Assembly: GCA_002269645.1 (NCBI GenBank)
Contig: NIVC01002080.1
Location: 62,001-126,000 of the forward strand
Direction: 5' to 3'
DNA length: 64,000 nucleotides
Origin: Macrostomum lignano
Taxonomy: Eukaryota
The notes beneath the pieces are model-generated. The model saw nothing but the letters and a program-made list of their open reading frames with translations. It had not been told where the DNA came from and searched no databases. Below are positions 61,201 to 64,000 of the stretch, piece after piece. Position numbers and translations under genes: made by a program. Position 1 is the first letter of the stretch. Every line of letters begins with the position of its first letter.

Positions 61201-61684
61201 TGGGGATCAAGGGGGGCAATCTACTGCTGGACTGGGGATCGGGGGGGGGGCAATCTACTGCTGGACTGGGGATCAAGGGGGGGCAATCTACTGCTGGACT
61301 GGGGATCAAGGGGGGATAGCGAAGGGTCAGAAGCAATTCTGAAAGAGACACAAAGTCAGTATTACATCCGCCAGAGCCACCGGCCTGCATTTCCTGTTCC
61401 CGTCGCCGTTGTTCCTCCTCGCGGCGCTCCAGCTCCCTGGCCTTGGCCTCCAGTTCTCGTTGGCGCCGTTCCAACTCCTCCGAAGTGACACGCTGCTGGG
61501 CGCTGGCACTGTAGGCAGGCGGCGGCTGCTGCTGCTGCTGCTGCTGCTGACTAGAAGGCAGCACAGCCGGCTGACTTGGCGGCTGCTGTTTGGCTGATTT
61601 GTCAAACGGATTGAATTCGTCTGTTGGTCGCTGGGCTGGCTGGCTGCCGCCACTGCCGCCGCGGGCTTGCTGAACTGATGCATC
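58262..61684 (-). CDS. SCAMP: Secretory carrier-associated membrane protein; first coding exon not found in window
   Basis: Exons 61684-61366 ([34 protein letters not shown]), 60743-60440 ([23 protein letters not shown]), 59699-59480 (KNDSSFNF..GSCGWI), 58420-58262 ([19 protein letters not shown]). Confidence 0.95.
58450..59345. repeat. 22-bp intronic minisatellite (gagacacaaacagacagatact)
   Basis: About 40 units in the last SCAMP intron. Confidence 0.95.
59727..60395. repeat. 30-bp intronic minisatellite (gatctgggagtgtgcctgtgaatcactgag)
   Basis: About 22 units. Confidence 0.95.
60805..61315. repeat. 32-36-bp G-run intronic minisatellite (gcaatctactgctggactggggatcaagggggg)
   Basis: About 15 units with a variable G tract. 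Confidence 0.92.
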
Positions 61685-64000
61685 CTGGTTGGTTTGGATA
61701 CGAGTCTTGGTTTACAACAGTTATAAATGACTATAATATTTAGCCATAAATAAAGAGTTTTCTCTATTTAGGCATGTGATTGATTTCAGAAAAAGCTCAA
61801 CCGATCCTCATGAAACAGGCACCATTCAATTGGAAATTTTTCTAGCAATGGTACATGTGATGTGGCTAAGAAATTGCTCAATGCTAAAGGGATTAAATAC
61901 TTGAAAAATATGCTTTTAGCAAAGGTCAAGCATACTTTTTGACTTGAAATGAATTTTAAATAGTATATTTTAATATAGCACAATCAGGACACAGTTGGCA
62001 GCTATTCTCCTTTTGGCTAAGACCTAGAAAAGTTCAAGGCAAGACAAAGTGTATTTTAGCCAAAATATATAGGCCTGCCCTCTCTGCCCTCCCCTTGTAT
62101 CTTCACCTCTAGAATCTGCCTTTTTTAATAAATCTTTTGCTGCAAAGCAAAAACAAATTAAGTTGCTTTCAGCTGTCATGATGAGCTACTCAGATATATG
62201 GGCTTATGGTATCAGTTTGATCAATAGTTCCCTAGTCTCAGCTCCTTGGACTGGCTAGCCATGGTTAACAGGTTAAAAAGAATCCAAAAGTTAATATTCA
62301 AGACTTTTCCTGCTTTGTGGAACTTGGAAGAATAACAGTGAACAAAATTTCAAATAAGGAATTGCACTTTTGAAGTGTTTCTGCTGCTTGGCTTCCCTAT
62401 GCGCCCTTTCTAAAGAAAACAAGCTTATAGGCTTTTTAACAAGGGCATAGAAAGCTTTTGCTACAAGTATAAGATGAAAGATAAGACATGGGTATACCTA
62501 AACAGCTTTGGTATAAACAAGGGCATAGCTAGGAATTTTTTAGGGTGTTGATTTTTACTCCTAGGTTCTGAACTTTTGCTTAGAAAGTTAAATACACTAT
62601 CAATTTTCACTTTTGCATAAATATTCTATGCCAAACTGCACCAGCATGGTAGACTGTGCCTGTATTGCTAGGGGCCAATCTATGCTAGATACTATCTACA
62701 ATAATGGCCATTTGCTGCAATAGGGTCATCAACCATATTTAGCAACTGCAATAAAATTTGAGAAGCTACTTTGTAGTATGTAAGAAGTCTTGATAAAGAT
62801 AGCTTAAAAATAATTGTTTAACAACTTATTGACCAATACTAAGCTAGAATCAGCTATCCTATAGAATGTTTGTTAAATTAATTTTTGCTTGATTCAACCC
62901 CAACAAGTGAACAAACTAACAATTAATATATGCTAGCAACTAAATTGTTTGTTATATCTCTGTAGGTGGCACAATCCAACTTAAAACTACTAGTTGACTA
63001 GCCATCTAGAGAAAAATATTCTAAAATAAAAAAAGTAAACGATAGCTTGAGTTGAATACCAGTATTAGCAGCTTAGTAGCTAATTTTTCAATTTCAAATA
63101 CATCTCTTTTTAAAGGTCCCCTTTTATTATCACAGCCTTTTGACCATAGACATGTTTTCATGCTTTATACATGCAAAACTGATATTATTTCAAGAATTCC
63201 TAATATATCAATGCAAAAATTCTAATTGAATAGAGATATATTGTAGATAAAATTACCTAGTCATATTATTACTTTATGGTAAAGTAGTAGGAGCCTAACC
63301 TTATATTTAATTATGGCAATTGACTATAACAAATAATTTATTTATTAGTACATGATAAACTGTTACTTTGTTTACTTTTTTATATTTTTAGACTTTAAAA
63401 AGGAAAAGAATCAAATTCAAGCAAAAAGTTAATGATTATTGAATGCTTCTATAAGATCTAAAAAGCCAACTGTGTAGTCTCCCTTAATACAATCAGTGTT
63501 GGGCACCATTAGTAAAAATCTTAACTTCCATTAATGGCAAGAGCATTAATGTTAAAAAAATATTAACTTATCAACTTTTAACTTCATTAAGTTAACTGAA
63601 AGTTAACTGATAATTGTTAATTTTAATTTGTTAAAGTTAACACAAAAATATAGAAACCTTGCACATTTTTATAATACACTGTCTTTGCTTTCCCCTTTTT
63701 AGCAAAACATAGAGGTCATCTAAGGGATTTACAAGCTAAAAAGTAATAAATAATAATTTAAAAAAACTTGTTTATATAATACTACTAAATTAAGCATATA
63801 TGATATAATTAAAGTAGTAACTTTTTTATTTGAAACTCATTTGAAAACTCATCTATAATGTTGCAACTTTTTTAAACTTATATTTTTGTTTTTTCTTTGC
63901 ATCTTTGGTCATTGACATTTCCATTAGGCCTAACATTAATGATGAATTTGTTATTAACTCACAGAGTTATTAATGCAAATTTGTTAGTAAATTTGTTTAA

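Noticed and set aside
61700-64000. First SCAMP exon (NPF-containing)
   Set aside because: No segment with NPF codons and a phase-0 donor was found; probably beyond the window.

Overview
Eukaryotic (animal, invertebrate) genomic DNA. GC-rich exons, AT-rich intergenic DNA and minisatellite-filled introns would fit a flatworm such as Macrostomum, but that is an inference. I reconstructed seven spliced genes by hand from GT-AG sites, phase matching and family motifs. They are: a Na-coupled SLC4 bicarbonate transporter (-, 3' end runs off the window); a single-pass mucin with MUC13-like SP-PTS-EGF-SEA-EGF-EGF-TM architecture (-); Got1/GOLT1 (-); an uncharacterised 4-TM protein (-); a divergent PDZ-GEF RAPGEF2/6 homologue (+); a PLAC8/cornifelin-family gene (-); and SCAMP (-, first exon not found). 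Mobile DNA comprises a tRNA-derived SINE family (5 copies), a MITE with an 8-bp TSD, further MITE/foldback elements and a mariner remnant. The most striking pattern is that almost every intron in the GC-rich zones carries its own private tandem repeat. These units are often a multiple of 3 bp and several contain splice-signal mimics, while the AT-rich 27-40 kb zone is nearly free of them. Two single-base frameshifts (mucin, RAPGEF) may be assembly errors. No CRISPR arrays, rRNA or true tRNA genes were found.
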